Assembly: GCF_009914755.1 (NCBI RefSeq)
Contig: NC_060931.1
Strand: one strand, 5' to 3'
Length of the DNA stretch: 64,000 nucleotides
Source of the DNA: the human T2T-CHM13v2.0 reference genome, Homo sapiens
Part shown: in pieces, positions 14,763 through 29,067 of the stretch
Layout: every line of letters starts with the position of its first letter
Position numbering within the stretch: the first letter of the stretch is position 1
Translations under genes and position numbers: made by a program
Notes under the pieces: model-generated
Told to the model about the DNA's origin: nothing
Seen by the model: the letters and a program-made list of their open reading frames with translations, nothing else
Databases searched by the model: none

Positions 14763-15059
14763 AATTAAATTAAATTTTAAAAAAAGAAATGAAGATAATC
14801 CACCTGTCCTGTTAATCTCAAATCTCACAGGGAGATTAACAAGAGTGTACACTTGAAGACCTTTATAAGTTACAAGGCACAGTCTGCATTGAGTTAATGT
14901 AAGGGGACTGGGAAGCGTGAAATGCATAGTCCTGTGAGGGTGTGTGTGGGAATGATGAGGTAGTAGGTGAAAGGCCCAAGCTCATGAAAACCCAATGCTG
15001 GTGCTTGTTGATTTGGGAAAAGGAAGGCAACTGAACAGTCCTCTTGATATTTTAAATAG

Positions 15060-15146
15060 GAAAAGTCTGAATATTGGTTCTTCGTAATTTTTATGCTTCT
15101 GCGATTAACAGAATTAGATCAGAAGAAGATTAAAGTGGAAGAAAAG
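15060..15146 (+). CDS. LRGUK: LRGUK coding exon, LRR-cap region (EKSEYWFFVIFMLLRLTELDQKKIKVEEK)
   Basis: tttaaatAG acceptor, aag|GTatgt donor. 87 nt, phase 0/0. LRRcap-like Y...LxxLD. Confidence 0.93.
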
Positions 15147-16585
15147 GTATGTAATCATGTCATAACATTACCATTGTGTTATTGGGTTAATATGCTCAAA
15201 AGCTCGTGTTGCCTGCTGTGGAAGCAATATAATCAATAAATAAGACACATAACAATATGTACATTAATTCATTTAGGGAATGTTTCCTTGCCTTAGGATC
15301 TGTTCATTTAACCCTCTGCAAAGGTGAGTATCAACACAAATGCAGTGAAAGGCCTGATGTCTTGCTGTTAGTACAGTGAAGAGGTTGGCTGTGGGGAACA
15401 GAAGCAGCACTCCACTTATATAGGTCGCAGCTTTATGGCAGACTATCAATTTGAAAAACTTTCCTGTTTGGAAGGTGTATGATTCTATCTGTGTTACCTG
15501 AAAAATTCATTTAACAATAAAATGCATTATAATGTCACTCTACCATATAATCAAAAGGTACTCAAATAAATCACTACTCTGATATTTTAAATCCTTAATT
15601 CTGCTCTTTAAAAAAATGATTCATCTAGTCACAAAATTCCAGAATAACCAGAACTTGAATGCTAGCACCTGCCTCCCTGCTTTTCATACTCATGGTCACT
15701 GCTTTGTCTTGCTTTAGTAGCTGGTGACAGCCAAAATCTCTACTAATGAGGGATTTCTTACACTGGATGCAAATTTGAGACAGGAATGAAAACAGGTATA
15801 AATATGTAGAGAGGCACGTATTCCATCTCATAAATGCCTTTCTGAAATCTTGGTTAAAAGCAGTTACAGATGCCAGTCTGTCATTATTCTCACACTCAAA
15901 GGTACTTATTAGATTCCTCTTTTCCTTTAACATTTTGCAAAAGGAATACAATTTAAAACCATGTATTAAGTAAAGATATGGCATATGATAGATGAGGATA
16001 ATGTATTTAGAAGAATGGGAAAGACAAGGGGATGAAGAACTGTACATTATGAAGAAAAGGCCCATATCCTTGAATGAACAAAGTTATGCTAAATGAGGAG
16101 GAAGTTTTGGTAGAATTTGAGATTGTGGGAATCATTCTTGGTGAAATGGTATGAGGAAAACATTCCGCATGCATCAAAACCTGGAATCTACAGCTATAAG
16201 TTTTATTCCTTTTTCACATATTAAAAGTTGGAATGTTTACTATATTCAAAGTAATCATGGGCTTTAGAGGGGCTGTGGGTTTTTGTTTGGTGGTTTTTTT
16301 GTGTGTGTTTTTGTTTTTTGCCATTTTCCCTCCCAAACCAGGCAGAATAAAGAAGTAGGAGATCAAAAGACTCCACTCAATATTTTTAAATAATTATCAT
16401 TTCTTAAATTTTAGGAAAATTAGAGTAGACATGAAGACTGAATACTAATGTTAATGGGTGTGTGTTAAATTATTTTGTGTACCTGGCTGCACGTGAACAA
16501 CATTTCATTAAGGAAAAATCCAAGCTTTGTCTTCTTTTTAGAAACAAAACTTTTTTTCCCTTTTACATCTCTAATTCTGGAAAAG

Positions 16586-16692
16586 GTTTCAGCAGTGAAT
16601 AAATATGATCCTCCCCCTGAAGTGGTTGCAGCTCAAGACCACCTGACCCATGTTGTCAACAGCGTGATGCAGCCGCAGAGGATCTTTGACAG
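16586..16692 (+). CDS. LRGUK: LRGUK coding exon, linker (VSAVNKYDPPPEVVAAQDHLTHVVNSVMQPQRIFD-S)
   Basis: Weak ctggaaaAG acceptor, ag|GTact donor. 107 nt, phase 0/2. This acceptor keeps the frame into the next exon. Confidence 0.9.
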
Positions 16693-18169
16693 GTACTTAT
16701 TAGAAATCCAAAGGCCGGAATTCAGGGTGAGCAAGCAAAAGACAGCCTCATCACTTCCCCTAACCCCTATTTTGTGACCCCTTTATTTCCTATAAAGGCT
16801 GCTTTTTCCCTTTCTCTGAGGGAAGGGGCCAAGTCTTTATTTGATAGACAATATTGTCTCCATTATGGTATATTATTAATATCATGTACTTGAGTGTGTT
16901 GCTTTCTTGCTGGTATTTTCCCAAGCATGGTGATGAGTTGATTCACCTTCACTAGTTTTTCTGGCCACTTGTATGGTGGCCAGCGTGTGCCACACAACAG
17001 TGAAATCTCAAAAAAAAAAAAAAAAAAAAAACCAAAAAAAAAAAAAACCAGGACCAATTTTTCTGCCTTAGGAGAGAAACACAGACCTTAACCTTAACAG
17101 AAAATTGTGGTAATTTATATCCATTGTAAATTTTCCCTCAGCTGTGAGTGAAAGCTAAATACCCTTGCCAAAGACTGTTCCATGAATTCACATTATTAGG
17201 GAGTCCCTTAGAAGGAAGCCCAGCTAGCCTAAGGAAAACCTGAAACAGTCTTTGCACTAAGCTGCGATAAACTCAGCAGGGAGGAGTCGCCCAGCTCGGT
17301 GGAACACATGAACAGAGTCTCTCACCTCTGAATTCGAAGACAGATTTACCATGCTTTCTTCATTTCTTTTTAAAACAATCTGTTGGAGCAGATGGCCATT
17401 TATGCTCTAAGTATAATGCAGAAATTCTATCAATACCCAAAGGCATTTTAAAAATACTTGTAAAATCTCTTGGATATAAATGGCTTCTCTTCTTCATGTG
17501 GTATTTGCTCCTGTACTTCACATGGCTGGTTTCCCACAGAGAGCAAAATGTTTTATTTTGCAACCCAGGACATGATTTTTACATATAATTTAATAATGTA
17601 GACGTTGACAGTTTCACATGTTTATGGTGGCCCTCTAGGTGAAATGAATTATCATTTATTACATACATCTGGAAAAGCACATTTGATTCAAAAGAGGGGC
17701 ATTTATCTCCTCATTGTATTTCTATTCTAGTTTATGGTATTGCTAGTTGTTTCATGCTTTAGGGTACGTTTAAATAAAAACATATATCAAGGAAATTTGC
17801 AGCAGTGTTTGATAAACACATATGTCTTGATCATTTCTGGCTGTCAGGAAAACAAGAATAAAGGCCAAGTAGGCCCAGATGTTCCAGGGTGGAGTGGCAT
17901 TCATTGTGGAAACTCATGGACAAAGGACCAGTAGCTAGTGTGCAGGCCTGCAATGCCCTTCCTACTCTGTCTAGGCCAGTACACAACTCTCTGTCAGCAC
18001 CAGAAGTCAGGATCCAGGAGAGGAACCCCAACCCTTGGCTTTGGGACTTGTATGCTGCCATTACTGGGGAATCACTGTCCCCTCTCCTGGTATAATTGGG
18101 GTGAGGATACAGTATTAAAATGACATGGCCAAACCTTGACTCTGGTCTGGTAGTCATTGATAGCTTCTT

Positions 18170-20420
18170 ACCTTCTGATATGACAAAGTTCTCCAGACTC
18201 ATCTGGTACATGTCCTGTCCCAAATCTGGAATCAGCCTTTTCTGCAAGAAGCCCCAGTTTTAGTGAAAAATAGTATTTCCCAATTCCAGTCTGGGGGTTA
18301 AGATACTCATTGCTACCAGGTTGGTCATTTATTTAGAGGCCTTTTAGTGGAAAGAGCTAAGAATGTAACTCTTTTCATCAATTCCTCTGTCCATCCATCC
18401 ATCCATCCATCCATCCATCCATCCATCCAATCTATTTGTACCTACCTATATCTGTTCTATCTATATCTATCTGTCTGTTTGGGTAGACCTATCTGTGTCT
18501 ATCTATAGATAGATGGATTAAATACCTCCTGAATTCTTGATATTTACAATTTTGATTCCAAAACTACAGTTAAGCTTTTACTCAACCTCCTCGCTATTGT
18601 ATGGGTATTTCCTTTTTTCCCACACCAAGAAATCTGGTTCTAAGGGACACAGAGGAAGATGAAATTACCAAATCCCATAATTACTCATTTGAAAAAATCC
18701 TAGATTGTACCACAGTGGTATTAGAATACCAGTACTAATACTACCACCAAAATGATTCCTGAAAACATTAAAAATATTTTTTGCCTACAATTTACCCATT
18801 TCCTCCCATGTTTTTTATTGTGGTAAAATATATGTAACAAAATTTGCCACTTTAACAATTTTAAAGTGGACAGTTGAGTGGCATCAAGTACATTCATAAT
18901 GTTATGTAACCATCACCACCATCTATTTCCAAAACATTTTCATTACCCCAAACAGAAACTCTGTACCCATTAAGCAATAACTCCTGGTTCTTCTCTGCTC
19001 CCAGCCTCTGGTAAGCTCTAATGTACTTTTGTCTCTATGAATTTGCCTATTCTATATATTTCATATAAGTGTCAACCACCCCTTTTAGAAAATAGTGTTG
19101 TACTATATTTATATTGTCAAAACATACAGCCATCACATACCGTGCTTTCTCCTTCTTTGCTGTTATTTAGTCTCAATTCTCTGGCTAACTACATAGTTGT
19201 TGCTCACTACCAGTAGTTATATTGATGTCCCTTGAGTCACTTTGGTTGTTTGAAGCTTGTTTTCTAGTATTTTCCTTAGGAAGGGATATGGCATCAGTAT
19301 CCTCTGAATTCTTGCATGTTATAACAATGTATGCCCTTTATACTTGAAAGTCATTTTTGCTAAATATAAAATTCATGATCCACACCTTTTTCCTTGAATA
19401 TATTAAAAATGTTACTCCATTGTCTTTTGGCATAAAACAAAATCTGATGATAATTTAATTTTCTTTCCCTTATATGTAATGTGCTTTTTTTTTTTCTAAT
19501 TGGAAGTTTTTTTCTTTTTCTTTAAAGCCAAGTAATTTTACTAGACTATGTCCTGGTTTAGTTCTGAGCTGATATTTCAGGTATAATGTGTGCCCTTTCA
19601 ATGCGTAGTGTTTTTTGTTTGTTTGTTTGTTTTAATTTCAGGGAAGGTTTTTTTGAAGTATAGCCTCTGTTTTCTGTTCCTTTGGTTTTCATCTTCAGGA
19701 AGAAGCTCTCTTTTGCTTATTTTCAATATTTGTCACTTTCTTTTTCTTAGTTATTTTTTTGAAAAAATATATTTTGAGGTAATTGTAGATTCACATGAAG
19801 TTGTAAGAAATAATACAGAGAAATTCCATATACCAGTCATCCAGTTTTCCTCAATGTTGATATCTTGCATAGCTATAGCAGAACATTAAAACAAGGAAAT
19901 TGACCAGGAAATCCACCAACCTTATCGGATTTCACCAGTTTTGCATGTGCTCTTTTGTCTTTAGTTCTATTTACCTCTGTGCAATTTTATCACATGTAGA
20001 TTCATCTTAGCACCACTACAGTCAAGATATAGAGCAATTTTATCACAAGGATCCCTTGTAATACTCTATAATAGCCATAGCACCTCCCTCCCTCTCATCT
20101 TCCCTAACCCCTGGAAACCACTAATCTGTCCCTGTCTCTATCTATAATGCTGTTATTTCAAACATGTAATATAAATAGAATCATACAGTATATAGCCTCT
20201 TGGGATTGGCTTTTTTTCACTCAGACTAATTCCCTGGAAATGCATTCGAGTTGTTGCATGAATCAGTAGTTCATTCTTTCTTATTGCCATGTAGCATTCC
20301 ATGGCGTGAAAGTATCACAGTTACTTGAACTGCTTACCTGTTGAAAGACATCTGGACTGATTCCAGTTTTGGGTGATTGCAAATAGAGCTGTCATGAACA
20401 TTCATGTCCAGGCTTTTGCA
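18170..20420 (-). mobile_element. Cluster of old L1M fragments with (TCCA)n at ~18390-18428
   Basis: L1M 3' UTR motifs (gttatgtaaccatcaccaccatctatttcc, tagattcacatgaagttgtaagaaataatacagag, tgggattggcttttttcactcag). Confidence 0.65.
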
Positions 20421-20804
20421 CATGTACAGCTTCAGGCTGCCTGCTCTTGGCAGGTACCCAGTGGCTGTTTTGGGGTTCACTTGCTCTCAGATCTGTCAGA
20501 TGCTGCCCATTGCTTCCCTCTTCTTCCTCCTGCATTGACTGTAGTACCACACAGGTTTTGTGGGTCCATGGCTCTTGGCGATACTGTTTCATGTACTTAT
20601 ATGTGTTTCCCATAGGCTTTTGCTCTCAAGTTTTTCTGTGGGAATTCGGAGAGATTGAAAAACTATGCTGTTTCATTGTTTCCACAGACTCTTCTCAGAA
20701 TCTACACCTTCATCTTCATAGAATCCACACCTCAGCCATGTGGTTTTTTAAAATTTTATATTTTATTCTAGATTGCTACAATTTGTGTCATGAGTAGAGT
20801 TTAA

Positions 20805-21142
<338 letters not shown>

Positions 21143-21189
21143 GCGGGAGATTTTATTAATCAATTCATTCTTTAGTCCAGTCTTCAGGC

Positions 21190-21415
21190 TTGGCAGCCAA
21201 ACCTACATTTGTATATCAGCTCTCCCTTATTAACTATCACTTTGAGCAAGTTAATTAACCTCATTGTACTTCAGTTTCTTCATACGTTAAAAGGGGATAA
21301 TGACAGAAACATCTTCATTAGCTTCTTGTGATAATTAAATGAGGTAATGGATGTATGACTCTTAGAATGCTTCCTGGCACATAGTAATTGCTCAGGTAAA
21401 TTTTAGCTATTACTG
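21190..21415 (+). mobile_element. MIR
   Basis: tttgagcaagttaattaacctc...cagtttcttcat...ttaaatgaggtaat...cctggcacatagtaa. Confidence 0.8.
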
Positions 21416-21820
21416 TTAAGTTGGCTTTGCATACCTGCATTCTAATTCAGTAGTTATAAATATTTATCTTAACTTTACAGTCTTATTTAACTTTAACAGT
21501 CTTATTTCTTTCATTGATCAGTTTTGGGGAGGAATATTTCACTCTAGCCATCAAGAACCAATAAATGTTATATTTTTCCTTTAAAAGTCATGTTAAAGTA
21601 AATTTACGTAAGTTCATATTTTACCTTATTTGTTATCTATGCTTTGAATATTATTTTTGACATATAATCAATCTGTTTCTGGAAAGGACAACTATTCTTC
21701 TATGCAGGGTCTTATATAGCAAGTGCTCATTTAGCCAGGTTAATGGTGGCCTAATGGATGTAGTTAATGTGCTGTCTCCCTGACTGCAATAGGAGAACTG
21801 ACTCTGGTCCTGTGTTGTAG

Positions 21821-21940
21821 CACTCTTCCCAGCCTGGATGCTCCTTATCCCATGCTGATACTAGCTGGTCCTGAAGCTTGTGGGAAACGAGAGCTTGCCC
21901 ATCGCCTCTGCAGACAGTTTAGCACTTACTTCAGATATGG
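21821..21940 (+). CDS. LRGUK: LRGUK coding exon, start of guanylate-kinase-like domain with P-loop (TLPSLDAPYPMLILAGPEACGKRELAHRLCRQFSTYFRY-G)
   Basis: gtgttgtAG acceptor, gg|GTaagt donor. 120 nt, phase 2/2. GxxxxGK motif. Confidence 0.96.
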
Positions 21941-22312
21941 GTAAGTTTGTTTATTGGCTTGTTAAGACTTGGAAATTCATCCGAATTATTGGAGGTATCA
22001 ATAGTTGTAGTAAAATCTCCGATATTGCTAATGTTGGCTATTAATTTTAAGCAATTTCAGAAATGTACAAAACAACTTAATATTTAAGTTACACTTTATA
22101 GCAAAGCCAAAAGTGGTAAGTAAATTGAATGTTCAATAGATATTAACTCTTGGTAAGGACAGAGCACCATGTGAGTGTTAATCCTTGATGGTAAATTATT
22201 GATAAAATTGGATCAATGTGATTACCTGGTTCTGGAACGATAGAATCTTGATTCTTGTGCCATTCTAATCGATATGGTAAAGATGATTGCTAAAGTGTAC
22301 TCCTGGCAATAG

Positions 22313-22655
<343 letters not shown>

Positions 22656-23365
22656 GAAACAAAATAATTTTTCTTTTGTCAAGCAGACAGTAAACATACA
22701 GCAATGACTCCCCTGCTCCCTGCTTCCCCCACCCACCACAAAATAAGCAAGCAAACCAGCATGGCTCATTCATGCTGTTCCCCACCTTTTCCATAAAAGG
22801 CTTATTGGCTTCTTTGCCACTTATTATACTGTGATATACACTGTATTTTTTTTAACTTTAATTTTCCAAATGCTTAACTTAATTCAGTCTCAGCCCAAAT
22901 CACCCTCCAGGGTTTGAAAATCAACATCTTTTTCATTAAGCATAAATGGCATGTGAAGGCAGGCTTCTCCTGTTGCCTTGCAGTATGATAGCATGAATCA
23001 CCGTGTTGTGATGTGTGGTGGGCATATCTGTGCTCAGGGACAGCCTCTCCTGTCTGAGCCTGGAACATGTGCCAACGGCACTGGAGCGTCTTTGTCTCTG
23101 ACAGGTCTTCCTCTTTTGGTATTTCAGGAGGAAGGAAGGAGAAGGGGCAGCAAGTTTTTCTTTTTCTTTCCTTCAGGTTAGCATTCAATACACTTCAAGT
23201 TTTCTGGAGCAAATATTTTGCTTAGTGATGTCTTAATGACCCAGTTAAAATAGAGGAACATATCCGAAAAACTAGAACCATCCAAAAAAACAAAAAACCA
23301 AAAACAAACAAACAAAAAAACCACACACACACAAAACTCCAACTGAGTTTAAAGAGTTTTTTAGA

Positions 23366-23629
23366 GGCTGAGACTAGTGGCTCACGCTTCTAATCCCAGC
23401 ACTTTGGGAGGCTGAGGTGGGCGGATCACTTGAAGCCAGGAGTTCGAGACCAGCCCAGTCAACATGGCAAAATCTCTTCTCTACTAAAAGTATAAAAATT
23501 AGCTGGGTGTGTTGGCGCACACCTGTAATCCCAGCTGCTCGGGAGGCTGAGACATGAGAATCCAAGATTGTGCCATTGCATTCCAGCCTGGGCAACAGAG
23601 CGAGACTCTGTCTCAAAAAAAAAAAAAAA
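23366..23629 (+). mobile_element. AluS with internal deletion in the right arm
   Basis: Jump gagaatc|caagattgtgcc; A-tail. Confidence 0.88.
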
Positions 23630-24359
23630 GATTTTTTTTTAGAGGTTTTGGTGAATCAAATTTAGAATTGTCTGTCATCTCTTAAACTGGTTTCCTCTTG
23701 TACTTTTTGTGTATGGCAAAGAAATTACTTTTAGATTAGTGGTGCCTGTCAGTGAGCTGAGGATGTGGCTACAAAGATATATAGGACAGCCAGAAAAATA
23801 AGTGCAAATTATTTCCTAATGCTATTACAAAAAAACTTCCTTCCCTGAAGCTACACATGTTCAAACAATGTAAACACTATTTCAAACAGGTCCATTTATT
23901 TAGATATTTAAAATTACATCCTTTATTTGAACAACTCTAGGCCACAAACACTATGGAAAAATTTATTAATACATTTTAGACACCCGAAGTAACAAAAATA
24001 AATTAAAAGTTAATGTTAGAATAAAAATATAGAGTACATTATGTTTCTGTGGATGTACTGAACCTGTTTTAAAAGATAAGCTGAACGCAATGAATGGAAG
24101 GACAAACTAGGGCAAAAGGGTATATGCTGTTTTGCTAATGCATAAATTTGGAACTTTTTAGCAAACCAAAGTGACCTATGAGGAACCAAGTTTCTCCAGT
24201 TCCTTTCACATCTCTGATACCAGTTATGTTGCAAATGGTTGGTAGCCCAGTCCTGTTTATTTCTCTGTGATATGCTACTGCTAAGACATACTTTGTTGGA
24301 TATGTTTTTAGAGATGTTTATTGACTCATCGTCAAGATTTGGAGCCAATCTGCCCTTAC

Positions 24360-24900
24360 ATTCTTATCTGGTGAGGCCTCCCAGTTACTCATTTTCATTG
24401 AATCTTTTATTTCCCTAATTAGAATGCTTATCCATCATGCTTGTGATTAGTTGATTTAATGTCTGCTTTCCCTGCTTGTCTGTAGCCCATTGAGGGCAGG
24501 GCGCATGTCAGCCTTGTTCACCATTGAGTTCTCAATATCCAGTATATGTCCAGACACTTAATATGTGTGTGATAAATATTTGTTAAATAACTGACTGACT
24601 GATTGAGTGAATGGTTGGCTGAATTAATGGCATGGTGTGCAACAGATCATATAAATGACTGTAATAAGAAGCATGGGTGATCTTCCCCAACCTCCACTGA
24701 TGGAGCTATGCAGAGATGAATGGATTCATCCACTTGTTCATTCTTTCAATACATATTTATTGAATTCCTCTCTTGTGCTAGTCCCTGAGGGTAGAGCAGG
24801 AACAAGACTGGTGAGGTCCTTGCCTTAATGAAATTTGTAATCTAATGGGAGACTCAGACCTTAGATAATCAGTGCTATGTGAAATTTAGGTGGAGGCACA
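24360..24900. mobile_element. Two L2 3' ends in opposite orientation (24360-24620 +, 24720-24900 -)
   Basis: tgagggcaggg...ttgttcacc...aaatatttgttaaata versus cattctttcaatacatatttattgaattcc...gtgctagtccctgag. Confidence 0.6.
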
Positions 24901-26139
24901 AGATGGCAAAACAGAATCCTAAAATTAGCTTCATGCTCCTGTACTGTTACCTCTGCCACTGCTATTTTTCTCTTCTGGCTGGAATTAGTGGTGAGTAGAA
25001 AGACACTCCTAACTGCCCCCCTCCCAACTACAAACTCATTCATCCACCTCCCTCAGAGTTTCAGAAGCACCATCCAACTGTTCACTGTCATTCTCATGAA
25101 GGCAGAGGTCAAGGTTTGTTCAGTGGCAAATTATTCTAAGAATTTCATCAAGGCACGGATAAAAGACTATGCATCGGATGGAAAAGGATATTAGATAGCT
25201 AGTTACTTTATCCATTGAGAAAGTAAGCTACTGCTACCATTATATGCAGCAACTTTCTAGTTAAAATTAAAAAAAAAAACCAAAGCACATTCGCACATTC
25301 TCAAGGACAAGTCATTGCTCTTGTTTAGATTTTCTTTTCTATTATTCTTTATCCAACATAAGTTTTATTGATTTTTAATTATGTGAAAAGAAAAAAGGCG
25401 TGCATAGAGAGTCTCATGGTGAAACATAAAAGCATTTACAAAGGCACTTGCTCCACCATTTGCTTGAATCATTTCTTTCCTTCCTTCTCATTTAATTTTT
25501 TCCTGGCATTTTACTTCCTTTCTAAATTGCATTGACCCAAGATCAAGACATTCAATGAAATTTTCACATGCTAAGTTGCATATCCAGATATATAAATATT
25601 GAAAACATAACTCAGTCACATAACAAATATTGGTGCGGCTGAGAGATTTTGCTGTAGTTAGGTTTTGATTTTACTATTTGTTCTTGGTTTTAGAAATATG
25701 TTGAATGTTCTTTCTTTACCAGTATTAGTTATGGGTGACCTGGAGATATACATTTACTTTCTTCAAAGTCTCTCTATTGATTTCCAGCTGAGCACCCCAC
25801 AAATCAGTGACTTCCTGGAAAAGTGCCAGATAATGAGGGCAACCCAAAACAATATCAGCATGCCTGTTTATCTTCTAGATTTAAGGCCATGAAAGTGATC
25901 TGAATGGCCCTGAAAGAAAAACTTTATTCTTTCTTAGATCTCTATTTTATAGCCATCTCTATTTTCATAAGCTTCTCATGATGTTGACTACTAAACATAT
26001 TTCATTTTTAGCATTATAATAGAGTAAAATAAAAGACCACAGCTATTTAGTTACATGAGATGATATGAGCTGTAGCAACCTAAATGCAGTCTCAGCTAAG
26101 GTGTCTGTTTATACACATGTGACAAATTTGTAGAATGGT

Positions 26140-26640
26140 TCATTTATTCATTCAATATTTATCGAGCACTGTGCAAATGCTATATGCTGGTGATGAAACT
26201 GTGAAATGAACAGGCATGGTTCTTCTCCTCCTGGCAGCTTACAAAGTAGTATGAGATTTAAACAGGTAAATACTAACAAGATAGTTTGATGGGTGCTATG
26301 ATGAGGGAGGTAAAGAGCCTCTGAGATAGAAATAAAAGAGAAGTAGGAAGTGGGGCTTGAGTTGAGGGTGTATTCTAGGCAGAGAGGACAGCATATGGCT
26401 CAGCTTGAACTATCAAGGGAGATGGCAGAAGATAAGACTGGAAGGACAGACAGGGGTCCGGTCATAAAGGATTTCTAAACAGGGAGGGGAATGGCGTGAT
26501 CACATTTGCATTTTAGAAAGCGTATCCTGTTGGCAATTTGGGAAAGGGCTTAGGGAAGGAAGTCTGGAGACAAGCAGACCAGGTAGAATGTAGTGACGGG
26601 TGATGATAGCATGAGTCAGAAAATGGTGTGTAGTTACTGA
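26140..26640 (-). mobile_element. L2 fragment
   Basis: tcattcaatatttatcgagcact...attctaggcagagaggacagc...gtgatcacatttgcattttagaaag. Confidence 0.65.
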
Positions 26641-28285
26641 AAAGTGGGCAGAGTAGTGGCTTCATGGAGTTTGATACTTAGATACAGTATGTGCTGGAAT
26701 CTTTTGTGTGGAGGATCACTTAAATTGTGTCCAGCAAGCTATTGACATATATTTGCATTGGGTATTCAGACCAATTTCATTTACCTCCCAGATTCCTCTA
26801 GGAATACCTGGGCTTTTGTGGCTACCCATTGATAGAGCTCACTTACTAACAATGTGATGTGCTGTAATGTGCTTGAATTCAGATGTGCTCAGAGCCAAGC
26901 CTCTGCCTAAATATTTGCAATAACAAGTTCATTATTTCCTGAGGCAATCTGGTTCAGAATTAAGCTTCTAAATCTGCATGCGTCTGAATGACACAGAAAA
27001 AAAAATACTACTTCCTCATCCACCTGCTAGCTCTTCTTAGATATCTTTTCTTCCTGTTACATTTCCCTGGATATTTTGGGATTCCATTATTTAGCCTGGC
27101 TTTCCAATTCCTTTTCCTCTTGATCATCTCCTTTCTGTGAACTTGGTTTGGTAGTAGCTTCAGTGACACCTGGCCATGAATTGGCACCCTTAGACTTTTA
27201 GGACCAGAGTTGGAGTCTGGGGTTCATCTCTAACTTAGTCCTTTTCTGTGTTAAGTGAAATCACAGGGATTGTGGTTCCCATTACAAACCATAATTTAAC
27301 TAGCAAATTAATTAGTAAATAATGAATATGTGGAAAGATTTAGACAAGGGAAAAGAAGAATTTTGAAAGTCCTGGCTCGAGCAAATTTCTTTGTCTAGAA
27401 TTTGGTATCATTTTTCTTATGTAAGTTTAGTGAAATGTTGCCTTCACTATGAAGCATTTTCTTTTTGAGATGTTCATATTTGGGCAGCATATAACACGGT
27501 GAACATTTCTATATGTGAAAATTGGATGATGAATTAAAAAAACACAGATCATCTTAGGTTCTTCTTAATAGGAAGTCTGCAGTGGCTGCAGGTTCTGTCA
27601 TCAGCATTCTGCACATCAGTGGAGCCATGTCTTTATTTACCTGCCTAGAAGCTTCAAATTGCTCCTTTGTTTTGTCTTTCTTTGAGGTATTCAGAAGAAA
27701 TTCTTGCCACTCAATTCCTTTGTTGAGAAATGTAAGTTCAGCATAATGTGTAAAGGCTATGCTAAGGGTTTGCTGCAAGGGTGCCAAGCTATTGATTTAT
27801 CTTCCCTGACTGTCAAGGACACCAATAGACAGAGGGTGTCAGGTCTCTGCTAAGGCATGTGAAGAAATGCCAATGTATTCAAACAACAAAACAAATGCCA
27901 CAGTGTTTTGACAGCCTTCTCTTAGAATGTACTCTCTTTCCTGAGTATATAATTTAAATATGATGTTAAGACCTTAAAATGTATTAGTACAGTTAATTCT
28001 TAAGTATAATGGAAAGGGAGCAGTGGTATGAATTATAAACATTTATTTGTCTTTGACTTTGCAACGAAGAGCCTTTCGAGGTTGGAACTTTACTCTCTGA
28101 ATTAGTATGATATTAACAAGAATTGACTTTTGAGTCATCCTGGCGTTGCTACTTAGTAACATTACTTAATCGCTGTGCCTCCAGTTTCATTATTTGTAAA
28201 ATAAAAATAAGAAATAATACCTAGCTTATGGTTTTTGTAAGAAATAAATGAAATAACATGTCAAGTGTCTAGCTAGTCTCATCTC

Positions 28286-28619
<334 letters not shown>

Positions 28620-28965
28620 TAAAATCTAAAAATCAGTTTGCATTTCTGCACTTAACAGTGGAAGGCAGAATTATATGAACTCAAGAGTCCTGGTGGTTGG
28701 GACCACCATATTCTTGTAGGACCAACACTGGCCTGCTGTGTGACCTTAGAGGAGTTATTTTTGTAGTCATCTATAAAATGGAGTTCTTAGCAGCTGTTAT
28801 CCACTTCTCCTGTTTCATTTTTCATTCATTTTACAAAAATTTATCAAATGCCTACTATGTGCCAAGCATTGGGAATGCAGTGGCGAATAAGACATGGTCC
28901 TCCCCTTTAGGATTCATATGTTCTGCTGGGAAAGATAGGAAAAAAACAGATAAATATATAAAAGA

Positions 28966-29067
28966 AAGCAGTTCTGGGGATAGACAGTAGTTGAGCGGTA
29001 AGCAGTTCTGGGGATAGACAGTAGTTGAGCGGTAAGCAGTTCTGGGGATAGACAGTAGTTGAGCGGT
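28966..29067 (+). repeat. Perfect 3 x 34-bp tandem repeat (aagcagttctggggatagacagtagttgagcggt) inside an L2 fragment (~28810-29420, -)
   Basis: Three identical units starting at 28966, 29000 and 29034. Confidence 0.95.

Noticed and set aside
15625-16065. 146-aa minus-strand ORF
   Set aside because: AT-rich intronic sequence with no domain similarity or splice context; a chance ORF.
17009-17047. Isolated A-runs (also 63239-63262) as processed-pseudogene tails or transcript ends
   Set aside because: No upstream gene body or clear TSD. They are more likely simple repeats or Alu-tail remnants, and can cause oligo-dT mispriming artefacts.
28966-29067. 34-bp direct repeats as a CRISPR-like array
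   Set aside because: No spacers (head-to-tail tandem) and a eukaryotic intron context.
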